Source of the DNA: Candidatus Aerophobota bacterium
GTDB lineage: Bacteria > Aerophobota > Aerophobia > Aerophobales > AE-B3A
DNA length: 38,578 nt
Direction of reading: 5' to 3'
Assembly (NCBI GenBank): GCA_030602545.1
Contig: JAUVZN010000001.1
Span: forward strand, 1-38,578
Shown: piece by piece, positions 1 to 8,224 of the stretch
Numbering within the stretch: position 1 is the stretch's first letter
How the letters are laid out: the number at the start of each line of letters is the position of its first letter
Notes under the pieces: model-generated
The model's database searches: none
The model's input: only the letters and a program-made list of their open reading frames with translations
What the model was told of the DNA's origin: nothing
Program-made: the position numbers and the translations under genes

Positions 1-4
1 TCTT

Positions 5-80
5 GCCCACGTAGCTCAGAAGGAAGAGCACATCCTTGGTAAGGATGAGGTCACCGGTTCAATTCCGGTCGTGGGCTCCA
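5..80 (+). tRNA. tRNA-Thr (anticodon GGU)
   Basis: Hand-folded 76-nt cloverleaf. Acceptor GCCCACG/CGTGGGC, D stem GCTC/GAGC, anticodon stem CATCC/GGATG with loop TTGGTAA (GGT), T arm ACCGG-TTCAATT-CCGGT, CCA encoded at 78-80. Lies upstream of tuf, a common arrangement. Confidence 0.9.
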
Positions 81-128
81 ACTAGATTTGAAGTTTAAGC
101 CAGCTAAAAAGCTGGTACTGAGGGGAAG

Positions 129-149
129 GGGAATTTTAACAAAATTCCC
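129..149 (+). other. Perfect 9-bp hairpin (gggaatttt-aac-aaaattccc) in the tRNA-Thr/tuf spacer
   Basis: Arms 129-137 and 141-149 are exact reverse complements. No U-tract follows. Function unknown. Confidence 0.5.
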
Positions 150-280
150 ATGATTGAAAACAAGGAAAAATTCGTTACTTAAAATGTAAGTTCTTTATAA
201 GAGCGCAAGATTTCCAAAAATCAAGATATTCGAGGGAACACTATCTCTTGAATATCCAAGGAGAAAGGAGGGAGAAAAAT

Positions 281-1483
281 ATGGCACGGGAAAAGTTTGT
301 ACGGACCAAACCTCATATTAACATTGGAACCATTGGACACGTGGATCATGGGAAAACTACTCTTACAGCAGCCATTACTCAGATTCTGTCAAAGAAGGGA
401 TTAGCTAAGGCCTTGACTCTGGAGGAGATTGATAATGCTCCGGAGGAAAAAGAGAGAGGTTTAACTATTGCTATTTATCACGCAGAATACGAAACAGAAA
501 AAAGACACTACGCTCACATAGACTGTCCGGGACACGCTGATTATATTAAGAATATGATTACTGGAGCAGCTCAGATGGATGGGGCTATTTTGGTAGTTTC
601 TGCTGCAGATGGTGCCATGCCTCAAACAAGGGAACATATTCTATTAGCCCGTCAGGTAAATGTTCCGGCCATAGTAGTTTTCTTGAATAAGGTAGATCAG
701 GTGGAGGATAAAGAGCTGCTGGAATTGGTGGAACTGGAAGTCCGGGAGCTCTTGTCAAATTATGAATTTCCTGGAGATGAAATACCTTTCGTGGCTGGAT
801 CAGCTTTGCAATGTGTTCAGTGCGGATGTGGCAAAGAAGACTGTCCCAAATGTAAGCCCATCATTGATCTCATAAAAGCCGTAGACGATTACATTCCTAT
901 TCCGGTAAGGGACGTGGATAAGCCCTTCCTGCTGGCTATAGAGGACATTTTCACCATCACAGGAAGAGGGACGGTTGTTACGGGAAGAATGGAGAGAGGA
1001 AAGATCGATATAGGGAATTCCGTAGAAATAGTAGGAATGTCAACTGAGATCAAGAAGACGGTGGCTACGGGTCTGGAGATGTTCAGAAAAACTCTGGACC
1101 AGGCCCAGGCAGGCGATAATATTGGCGTACTTCTCAGGGGAATTGAAAAGGAAGTAGTGGAGAGGGGACAGGTTCTTGCCGCTCCTGGCACTATAACTCC
1201 CCATACCAAATTTGAGGCCGAAGTCTATGTCTTGACTAAAGAGGAAGGAGGAAGGCATACTCCTTTCTTCGAAGGCTACCGCCCTCAATTCTATTTCCGC
1301 ACTACCGATGTCACAGGGGATGTGAACTTGCCTGAGGGTGTAGAGATGGTCATGCCGGGAGATAACGTCAGGTTAACCATTAAGCTCATCACCTCCATTG
1401 CTATGGAACAGGGTCTAAGATTTGCCATAAGAGAGGGGGGGCATACAGTAGGAGCCGGAGTGGTTGGCAAGATCATTGAGTAA
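281..1483 (+). CDS. tuf: Elongation factor Tu
   Basis: [14 protein letters not shown] and NKVD GTPase motifs, plus EF-Tu domains II/III. Start moved from the ORF-track TTG 248 to ATG 281 ([12 protein letters not shown]), with AAGGAGGG at 265-272. Confidence 0.97.
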   Translation: MAREKFVRTKPHINIGTIGHVDHGKTTLTAAITQILSKKGLAKALTLEEIDNAPEEKERGLTIAIYHAEYETEKRHYAHIDCPGHADYIKNMITGAAQMDGAILVVSAADGAMPQTREHILLARQVNVPAIVVFLNKVDQVEDKELLELVELEVRELLSNYEFPGDEIPFVAGSALQCVQCGCGKEDCPKCKPIIDLIKAVDDYIPIPVRDVDKPFLLAIEDIFTITGRGTVVTGRMERGKIDIGNSVEIVGMSTEIKKTVATGLEMFRKTLDQAQAGDNIGVLLRGIEKEVVERGQVLAAPGTITPHTKFEAEVYVLTKEEGGRHTPFFEGYRPQFYFRTTDVTGDVNLPEGVEMVMPGDNVRLTIKLITSIAMEQGLRFAIREGGHTVGAGVVGKIIE

Positions 1484-1491
1484 GAAATCTC

Positions 1492-1632
1492 ATGAGGAAA
1501 ATAGTTACCCTCGTATGTGCGGAGTGTAAAGGGAGAAATTATACCACCAGCAGGAACAAGGATACATCTCCTCTGAATCTTAGAAAATATTGCAAGAGGT
1601 GTCAGAAGCACACTCTCCATAAAGAAAAATAG
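1492..1632 (+). CDS. rpmG: 50S ribosomal protein L33 (Cys4 zinc-ribbon form)
   Basis: Absent from the ORF track (46 aa). Manual translation: [46 protein letters not shown]. CxxC...CxxC pattern. Canonical tuf-rpmG-tRNA-Trp-secE context. Confidence 0.85.
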   Translation: MRKIVTLVCAECKGRNYTTSRNKDTSPLNLRKYCKRCQKHTLHKEK

Positions 1633-1704
1633 GTCCGTAGCTCAAATGGCTAGAGCACCGGACTCCAAATCCGGCGGTTGCGGGTTCGAGTCCTGCCGGA
1701 CCTG
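1631..1704 (+). tRNA. tRNA-Trp (anticodon CCA)
   Basis: Hand-folded 74 nt. Acceptor AGGTCCG/CGGACCT, D stem GCTC/GAGC, anticodon stem CCGGA/TCCGG with loop CTCCAAA, T arm GCGGG-TTCGAGT-CCTGC, discriminator G. 3' CCA is not encoded (CCC follows). The first 2 nt overlap the rpmG stop codon. Confidence 0.88.
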
Positions 1705-1779
1705 CCCAGGAATCGTATACAGGTTTCTTCCTGATAGTCCTGCCTGATTCAACAGGCTGATAAGGTTTCTTGAATTACG

Positions 1780-1919
1780 GGAATTTATAGGTGTACCCAA
1801 GGACGTTCCTCGGAGCGAAGATGACGCAGCCGGAACCCTATAGCAGCTACCTTAATGAGAAGATGGGCAGAAAGAATGCAAAGCTGATATGGAACGAAAG
1901 CGAGGCGTCCCGAGATATT
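1780..1919 (+). repeat. Intergenic repeat copy in the secE leader (block A 1780-1802, block B 1884-1919)
   Basis: Block A is the reverse complement of 17823-17845 (21/23). Block B is the reverse complement of 18231-18266 (33/36, with a 23-nt perfect run). Compared by hand. Confidence 0.75.
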
Positions 1920-1950
1920 TTGATCTCCTGGCTCGAAATGAAAGGACTCA

Positions 1951-2136
1951 ATGTTTAAAAAGGCAGGCAGTTTTCTTAAGGCCGTAAGTGCCGAAATGAG
2001 AAAAGTGAGCTGGTCTTCTCGATCTGAAATCATAAGGTCTACTCTTATTGTTCTCATTACTATCATTATTTTTGCCGCACTTATAGGTGGGATGGATGTT
2101 TTGTTTCTACAGATTCTCAATGTATTTGTGAGGTGA
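1951..2136 (+). CDS. secE: Preprotein translocase subunit SecE
   Basis: 61 aa with a single C-terminal TM helix (LIVLITIIIFAALIGGMDVLF). Conserved position directly upstream of nusG. Confidence 0.88.
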   Translation: MFKKAGSFLKAVSAEMRKVSWSSRSEIIRSTLIVLITIIIFAALIGGMDVLFLQILNVFVR

Positions 2137-2143
2137 AGTGACT

Positions 2144-2677
2144 ATGGGCGAAAAAAAATGGTATGCTCTTCATACTTATGCCGGTCAGGAGGATAGGGTA
2201 AAGACTAACCTGGAGCAAAGAGTTGAATCTTTCGGAATCAAAGACAAGATTTCCCGCATTTTAATTCCTAAGGAAAAAATAGCAGAGGTTAAGGATGGAA
2301 AGAGAAGGATATACCGGAGAAAGTTTTTCCCCGGGTATATGCTTATTGAGGCAGAGTTAACTGATGAGAGTAAATTTGTTATAGCTAACACCCCTGGTGT
2401 GAGTGGTTTTGTAGGCCCCAGAAATCAACCTGTTCCTTTAGATGAGAAAGAGGTGAGCAGCGTGGAATACCGAATGGGTCTTTTGGAAAAGGAACCTAAA
2501 CCCGGTGTTTTTTTCGAACTGGGTGAGACTATTCGTATTGCTCAAGGACCCTTTGCCAATTTTCAGGGAGAAATCATAGAAATCAATCCTCATCAACAAA
2601 GAGTCAAGGTTCTTGTATCCATTTTTAGCAGAGAAACCCCTGTGGAAATAGAATATGTTAATGTGGAGAAGCTCTAA
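2144..2677 (+). CDS. nusG: Transcription termination/antitermination factor NusG
   Basis: NGN domain (KWYALHTYAGQE) and KOW domain (GPFANFQGEIIEIN). ATG 2144 preferred over GTG 2138 because of spacing from GAGG at 2130-2133. The start is uncertain by 2 codons. Confidence 0.93.
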   Translation: MGEKKWYALHTYAGQEDRVKTNLEQRVESFGIKDKISRILIPKEKIAEVKDGKRRIYRRKFFPGYMLIEAELTDESKFVIANTPGVSGFVGPRNQPVPLDEKEVSSVEYRMGLLEKEPKPGVFFELGETIRIAQGPFANFQGEIIEINPHQQRVKVLVSIFSRETPVEIEYVNVEKL

Positions 2678-3106
2678 ATGGCTAGAAAACCTATTCAGAC
2701 AAAAATTAAACTCGAGATACCGGCTGGTAAGGCTAATCCAGCTCCTCCTATAGGGCCAGCTCTAGGTCAGCACGGCGTGAGTATAATGGATTTTTGCCGA
2801 GCCTTTAATGAGAAGACCAAAGACAAGGAAGATATCATCATTCCTGTGGCTATAACTGTTTACAAAGATAGGTCTTTTACCTTCGAGCTAAAGACACCTC
2901 CAGCTGCTTCTTTGCTCAAGAAGGCAGCTGGAATTGAGAAGGGTTCTGGGGAGCCTAACCGCAAGAAGGTGGGCAAGATAGGCCGAAAGGACTTGGAGGA
3001 GATAGCCAGGATTAAGCTGCCGGATTTGAATGCCTACGAGCTCAATAGCGCGGTCAAGATCATTGAAGGAACGGCGAAAAATATGGGCTTGGAAGTAGAG
3101 GATTAA
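2678..3106 (+). CDS. rplK: 50S ribosomal protein L11
   Basis: Hallmark [23 protein letters not shown] immediately follows the nusG stop. Confidence 0.97.
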   Translation: MARKPIQTKIKLEIPAGKANPAPPIGPALGQHGVSIMDFCRAFNEKTKDKEDIIIPVAITVYKDRSFTFELKTPPAASLLKKAAGIEKGSGEPNRKKVGKIGRKDLEEIARIKLPDLNAYELNSAVKIIEGTAKNMGLEVED

Positions 3107-3108
3107 TT

Positions 3109-3810
3109 ATGAGAAAAAGAGGCAAAAGGTATCTAGGGATATCCGAGAGGCTGGAAAAAAACAAGAAATATCCACCTCTAGAGGCTATAAAGTTAATGAA
3201 GGGGATTTCTCATTGTGGATTTGAGGAGTCAATAGAGGTAGCCGTCTCTTTGAATATAAAACCTAAGGAACGTGGTGAACGAGTGAGAGGGACAGTGGCT
3301 CTACCTCATGGGACGGGCAAAAAACTTAAGGTGCTGGTATTTGCTAAGGGAGAGAAAGCTGAGGAGGCCAGCAAGGCGGGAGCTGATTGGGCAGGAGATA
3401 AGGAATTGATAGCCAAAATCGAGAAAGGATGGCTTGATTTTGATGCCATTGTTGCTTCGCCAGACTTAATGAAAGATGTGGCTAAATTGGGACGAATCCT
3501 GGGTCCTAGAGGCTTGATGCCATCCCCAAAAATAGGAACAGTGAGTGAGAATCCCTCCCAGGTGGTGAAGGAATTGAAGAAGGGAAAGATTGAATACAGA
3601 AACGATGCCAGTGGAGGAATCCATGCTTCGATAGGAAAGATCTCTTTCACCGATAATGCCTTACTCGAGAATCTCAGAGCTTTGCTTAGAGCTTTAAGTA
3701 AGGATAAACCTTCTACGGTGAAGGGGGCATATATTCGGGGCGTTTCTCTTTGTTCTACAATGGGACCGGGCATAAAAGTGGATCTAGGGAGCCTATTGGG
3801 GAATTTGTGA
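3109..3810 (+). CDS. rplA: 50S ribosomal protein L1
   Basis: 233 aa with typical L1 sequence (VALPHGTGK, PRGLMPSPK-GTV). Conserved order after rplK. Confidence 0.97.
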   Translation: MRKRGKRYLGISERLEKNKKYPPLEAIKLMKGISHCGFEESIEVAVSLNIKPKERGERVRGTVALPHGTGKKLKVLVFAKGEKAEEASKAGADWAGDKELIAKIEKGWLDFDAIVASPDLMKDVAKLGRILGPRGLMPSPKIGTVSENPSQVVKELKKGKIEYRNDASGGIHASIGKISFTDNALLENLRALLRALSKDKPSTVKGAYIRGVSLCSTMGPGIKVDLGSLLGNL

Positions 3811-3811
3811 A

Positions 3812-4330
3812 ATGACACTGAGAGAAAAAATGGAGAAGGCGGAAGGGACAGGTAGGCTTCTGAAGACGTGTCCAGCTTCTTTCATAGTGGATTATCGAGG
3901 ATTAAAAGTGGCAGAACTCACTGAGCTCCGAAATAAATTGAGAGAGGGGAAGGCCATTTTTCGAGTGGTTAAAAATACTCTTGCCGCAAGATCGATTCAA
4001 GGAAAAGAGCTGGAAGGGTTAGTTCAATGGTTTTCCGGGCCCACGGGGATAATCTTTGTAGAAGGAGATCCTTTAGTTTCAGCCAAAGTGCTGGTAGGTT
4101 TTCTTCCCGATCATCCTAATTTGAGCATTAAGGGAGGTGTCTTAGATGGGGATTTCTTGGAAGAAAATGAAGTGAAAGCCTTGGGAAGATTGCCCTCTCG
4201 GGAGGTTATTTTGTCCCAGATCTTATCCTTGCTTCAGCTTCCCTTGGTAAGACTAAGGGGTGTTTTGAATTCGCCTCTGCAACGACTAATTTACCTTCTA
4301 AACACAATTTCGGCCAAAAGAGGAGGATAA
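3812..4330 (+). CDS. rplJ: 50S ribosomal protein L10
   Basis: 172 aa. L10-like N-terminal domain (DYRGLKVAELTELR) and a C-terminal helix. Only 1 nt after rplA, so there is no long L10 leader. Confidence 0.93.
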   Translation: MTLREKMEKAEGTGRLLKTCPASFIVDYRGLKVAELTELRNKLREGKAIFRVVKNTLAARSIQGKELEGLVQWFSGPTGIIFVEGDPLVSAKVLVGFLPDHPNLSIKGGVLDGDFLEENEVKALGRLPSREVILSQILSLLQLPLVRLRGVLNSPLQRLIYLLNTISAKRGG

Positions 4331-4333
4331 TCT

Positions 4334-4951
4334 ATGTCTAAAACGCTATCCCCAACCGGGGAAAAACTTGAAGAAGCAAAGCAACAGCAAAAGAAGGAAC
4401 TCAAAGAAGAGCCCAAGGTTGAAGCCAAAAAAGGGGCTAAAGTCGAACCTAAAATAGAGCCCAAAGAAGTCAAAGAAGAACCCAAGAAAGAACCCAAAGT
4501 AGAACCTCCAAAAGAACCTACTAGAGGAGAGCCTACAAAAGAGCTTAAGATGCAGCCTAAAGATAAGGAGAAAGTTGATAAGAAGCAAGAGGTCATTAAA
4601 GCTATTGAGGGGATGAACGTACTGGAACTCTCAGAACTGGTAAAAGAGTTGGAGGATAGATTTGGAGTCAAGGCCACCGCTGTCTCCCCGGTTGGTATTC
4701 AGGCTCCGAGCGCTGGTGAGGTGGCAGTGGAAGAAGAGAAAACTGAGTTTGACGTGATATTAAGTGAGGTGGGCAGCAAAAAGATCCAGGTGATTAAGGA
4801 AGTAAGAAAAGTGACTTCTCTGGGATTAAAGGAAGCAAAAGATTTGGTGGAGCAAGCTCCCCAACCCGTTAAGGAGGGAGTGAGTAAGGAGGAAGCCCTT
4901 AAGATCAAAAATACTCTAGAGGCAGTAGGAGCTAAATTAGAGGTGAAGTAG
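4334..4951 (+). CDS. rplL: 50S ribosomal protein L7/L12 with a 72-aa Lys/Glu/Pro-rich N-terminal extension
   Basis: The C-terminal 133 aa are canonical L7/L12 ([26 protein letters not shown] ... [24 protein letters not shown]). ATG 4334 has AGGAGGA at 4321-4327. An internal ATG lies at 4550 (M73) and lacks an SD at a suitable distance. Confidence 0.9.
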   Translation: MSKTLSPTGEKLEEAKQQQKKELKEEPKVEAKKGAKVEPKIEPKEVKEEPKKEPKVEPPKEPTRGEPTKELKMQPKDKEKVDKKQEVIKAIEGMNVLELSELVKELEDRFGVKATAVSPVGIQAPSAGEVAVEEEKTEFDVILSEVGSKKIQVIKEVRKVTSLGLKEAKDLVEQAPQPVKEGVSKEEALKIKNTLEAVGAKLEVK

Positions 4952-4963
4952 GAGGCTTAATTT

Positions 4964-7900
4964 ATGGATATCAAGAAGGGTTCAAAGATATTAGATTTCA
5001 CTAAATCAAAGCCCGTCATCGAGGTACCGAATCTGCTGGAGATGCAGAAAGCATCCTTTGAAGCCTTTCTACAGGTAAATATTCGACCAGAGAAGAGGGT
5101 TAATGCGGGTTTGCAGGGGGCTTTTAAAGATATATTTCCCGTGGAAAGTTACAATGGCAGATTGGTCTTAGATTTTGTAGAGTATGATTTAAGAGAACCC
5201 AGATATTCAGTAGAGAGATGCAAGGAGGAAGAACTCACTTATTCTCTTCCTCTGTACGTGAAGCTACGGTTAGTTAAAAAGGAGACCGGGGAGGTTACCG
5301 AGCAGGAAGTTTACCTGGGAGATTTTCCTCTAATGACCAGAAAGGGAAGTTTCATTATCAATGGGGCGGAGAGGATAATAGTCAACCAATTGCAGAGGTC
5401 CCCGGGGGTATTTTTTGAGGAGGATATTTCTGCTTCCTCCACTTCCGGGATAATGTACAGAGCGCGTATTATCCCACAAAGAGGAAACTGGTTGGATTTT
5501 GAAATTCGAGAGGGCCTGCTTTATATGCGGATTAACCGTAAGAGGAGATTCCTGGCGACCCTATTCTTAAGGGCTATGGGTGGAGTGCCTGAAGAAATTC
5601 TTGGAGAATTTGAGGATCCAGATGACAGAAGAGTTTTGGAAGAAAGCTTCAGGCAGGATGGAGCAGTTTCACAAAAGGATGGCCTTCTAAAGATTTATCA
5701 TTGTCTCAGGCCAACTCGACCCCCTGTTTTCGAGTCAGTCAACGAAGTCTTTACCAGGACATTTCTGGATCCTCGCCGATATAACCTAGGCAGAGTAGGG
5801 AGATTCCAGATTAATAAGGAATTGGATTTAGATGGTGATTGGCAGACCGAGGTTATCCGGTTGAGGGACGTTGTAGGCACTATAAAATATCTCTTAAGGT
5901 TAAATAGAGAAAAGAAAGAAATAAAAAGTTTGGATCATCTCTCATATAGGAGAGTAAGGAGAGTGGGGGATCTTCTGTCAGAACAGCTCCACATTGGATT
6001 GGCTCACCTGGCTCGAGTCATACAGCAGGGCATGAGTATCCAGGATCCCGAAACAGTTACTCCTCGCTCCCTCATTAATACGAGGACAGTGAGAAATTCA
6101 GTGGATAGTTTTTTCAATACAGGACGCCTTTCTCAATATTTAGATCAGACCAATCCGCTGGCGGAACTCACTCACAAACGCAGACTCTCGGCCTTGGGTC
6201 CAGGAGGGTTGAACCGGGTCCAGGCTAAGGAAGAAGTGAGAGATGTTCATCATAGCCACTATGGTCGTATTTGCCCCATAGAAACCCCTGAAGGTCAAAA
6301 CATTGGCTTGATCTCCTCTTTAGCCACCTACGTTAGAATAAATGAGTTTGGTTTTCTGGAAGCCCCGTATAGGAAAGTAGAAGGGGGTAGGGCCACTCAA
6401 AAAGTAGTATATCTCGATGCTCGAGAGGAAGATAATTACTATATTGCCAGTACCGATACTATAGATGAAGAAGGGAGGTTTATCAGGTCTGAACTGATAG
6501 CCAGATACAGGGGAGAAATTGTCACTGTCCCCAAGGAAAAGGTGGATTATGTGGAGATCTCCCCCAAGCAGATGGTCTCGGTAAGCACTTCTTTGATTCC
6601 TTTCCTGGAACATGATGAGGCTAACCGGGCTCTCATGGGTTCTAATATGCAGCGTCAGGCAGTGCCCTTGGAGATACCAGAGGAAGCTTTTATTCAAACA
6701 GGAATGGATGAGAAAGTTGCACAAGATTCCATGAGTGCGGTGAGAGCAAGGCGCTCTGGAGAAGTTGTTTATGTGGATGCTAACTCCATAAAAATTAAAA
6801 CTTCATCAGGAATGGATACCTACGACCTGATAAAGTTTGATCGATCCAACCAACGTACCTGTATTAACCAACGGCCAATTGTAACCAGAGGAGAGAAACT
6901 AAGAGAGGGAAATTTCATCGCTGATGGTCCGGCTATCCGAGAAGGTAAGCTTGCCCTGGGCAGAGATGTTCTAGTAGCCTTTATGCCCTTTGGAGGATAC
7001 AATTTTGAGGACGCTGTCTCAATCAGTGAAAAGCTGGTTAAGGATGATGTCTTCACCTCTATTCATATCGAGGAATTTCAGGTTGAGGCAAAGGAACTGA
7101 AGTCCGGGATCGAGGAGATTACCGCGGATATTCCTAATGTGGAAGAGGCATCTTTAAAGAATCTAGATGAGGATGGGATTATCCGAATAGGAGCAGAGGT
7201 GAAATTCGGAGATATCCTGGTAGGTAAGGTGACCCCTCAGGTTGAGGTAAAACTTACCCCTGAGGAAAGGCTCCTGCGCAGCATCTTTGGAGAAAAGGCA
7301 CAAAAGGTAAAAGATAACTCTTTAAGAGTCCCTCATGGAGTTGAAGGAAAAGTTATTAAAGTCAAAGTTCTTTCCCAGGAGAACGAGGATAATCTTCCGC
7401 CAGATATGAGAAAGAGAGTAAAGGTATATGTGGCTATGCGTCGTAAGATCAGAGTTGGAGATAAAGTAGCTGGCCGTCATGGAAATAAAGGAGTAGTAGC
7501 CAAGATAATTCCTGAAGAGGATATGCCTTTTCTTGAGGATGGAACTCCGGTGGAAGTAGTATTGAATCCCCTGAGTGTTCCTTCCCGAATGAACATAGGC
7601 CAAATATTGGAAGTTCACCTGGGATGGGCAGCCAAGGTCTTAGGGATAAAGATAATATGTCCGGTTTTTGAAGGTCCTAAGGAAGAAGAGATAAGACGGC
7701 TATTGAAGGGAGCCTCTCTACCCGAGTCAGGAAAGGTCATTCTCCATGATGGACAAACCGGAGTCCCATTCCATCAGCCGGTGACGGTAGGCTACATGTA
7801 TATGATGAAGTTGATTCACCTGGCTGAAGAGAAAATGCATGCCCGTTCCACCGGTCCCTACGCTTTGATAACTCAGCAACCCCTGGGAGGCAGATCTCGA

Positions 7901-8179
7901 CAGGGAGGCCAGAGATTTGGAGAAATGGAAGTATGGGCTCTGGAGGGATATGGAGCAGCGTACAGCCTGCAGGAAATGCTTACAGGTAAGTCAGACGATC
8001 TCCAGGCCCGGGCTAAGATACATGAGAGTATAATGAGAGGTGAGAACTTTCTGGATACTCAAACACCCGAATCTTTCAAAGTTTTAGTTAAGGAACTGCA
8101 ATCCCTGGGATTGTCGCTGGAATTTTGGAAAAATAGTAAAAGACTGAGCATCATGGATTTAGACAAAGAGGAAACCTGA
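4964..8179 (+). CDS. rpoB: DNA-directed RNA polymerase subunit beta (compact, 1071 aa)
   Basis: Conserved beta motifs, e.g. GDKVAGRHGNKGVV, NPLSVPSRMNIGQ, GGQRFGEMEVWALE. GGAGG overlaps the rplL stop. Confidence 0.98.
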   Translation: MDIKKGSKILDFTKSKPVIEVPNLLEMQKASFEAFLQVNIRPEKRVNAGLQGAFKDIFPVESYNGRLVLDFVEYDLREPRYSVERCKEEELTYSLPLYVKLRLVKKETGEVTEQEVYLGDFPLMTRKGSFIINGAERIIVNQLQRSPGVFFEEDISASSTSGIMYRARIIPQRGNWLDFEIREGLLYMRINRKRRFLATLFLRAMGGVPEEILGEFEDPDDRRVLEESFRQDGAVSQKDGLLKIYHCLRPTRPPVFESVNEVFTRTFLDPRRYNLGRVGRFQINKELDLDGDWQTEVIRLRDVVGTIKYLLRLNREKKEIKSLDHLSYRRVRRVGDLLSEQLHIGLAHLARVIQQGMSIQDPETVTPRSLINTRTVRNSVDSFFNTGRLSQYLDQTNPLAELTHKRRLSALGPGGLNRVQAKEEVRDVHHSHYGRICPIETPEGQNIGLISSLATYVRINEFGFLEAPYRKVEGGRATQKVVYLDAREEDNYYIASTDTIDEEGRFIRSELIARYRGEIVTVPKEKVDYVEISPKQMVSVSTSLIPFLEHDEANRALMGSNMQRQAVPLEIPEEAFIQTGMDEKVAQDSMSAVRARRSGEVVYVDANSIKIKTSSGMDTYDLIKFDRSNQRTCINQRPIVTRGEKLREGNFIADGPAIREGKLALGRDVLVAFMPFGGYNFEDAVSISEKLVKDDVFTSIHIEEFQVEAKELKSGIEEITADIPNVEEASLKNLDEDGIIRIGAEVKFGDILVGKVTPQVEVKLTPEERLLRSIFGEKAQKVKDNSLRVPHGVEGKVIKVKVLSQENEDNLPPDMRKRVKVYVAMRRKIRVGDKVAGRHGNKGVVAKIIPEEDMPFLEDGTPVEVVLNPLSVPSRMNIGQILEVHLGWAAKVLGIKIICPVFEGPKEEEIRRLLKGASLPESGKVILHDGQTGVPFHQPVTVGYMYMMKLIHLAEEKMHARSTGPYALITQQPLGGRSRQGGQRFGEMEVWALEGYGAAYSLQEMLTGKSDDLQARAKIHESIMRGENFLDTQTPESFKVLVKELQSLGLSLEFWKNSKRLSIMDLDKEET

Positions 8180-8192
8180 TAGTACCAGGAAA

Positions 8193-8205
8193 GTCCCGAG
8201 ATATT
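8193..8205 (+). repeat. Core of repeat block B (gtcccgagatatt) in the rpoB-rpoC spacer
   Basis: 13-nt exact match to 1907-1919 in the same orientation. The upstream ggaaag resembles ggaacgaaag of the leader copy. Short, so only moderately significant alone. Confidence 0.4.
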
Positions 8206-8224
8206 CTTGAGAAGGGGGAAGTCC

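Noticed and set aside
154-201. Sigma-70 promoter for tuf (TTGAAA at 154-159; TTACTT/TATAAG around 175-201)
   Set aside because: The -35/-10 spacings are 15 nt or 20 nt rather than 16-18 nt, so no convincing pair could be assembled and it is not reported as a feature.
1820-1844. Direct similarity between 1820-1844 (gatgacgcagccggaaccctatagc) and 17781-17805 (gatgatgcctgcggcaccctacggg), 17/25
   Set aside because: My rough binomial estimate, corrected for the number of possible spacer-spacer alignments, gives an expectation near 0.3. It could be chance and is not used as evidence for the repeat family.
1821-1958. 45-codon ORF (MTQPEPYSSYLNEKMGRKNAKLIWNESEASRDILISWLEMKGLNV) in the secE leader, with GGAG 5 nt upstream
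   Set aside because: It spans repeat block B, but the inverted copy at 18231-18266 has stops in the equivalent frame, so the repeat is not conserved as coding sequence. I recognise no motif. It is kept only as a remote possibility of a leader peptide.
4550-4951. Annotating rplL as starting at the internal ATG 4550 and treating 4334-4549 as a separate small gene or spacer
   Set aside because: 4334-4549 is in frame with no stop and has the only good SD. The nearest AGGAG to ATG 4550 is 21 nt away. The long form is therefore the primary call, and the short isoform is mentioned only as a possibility.
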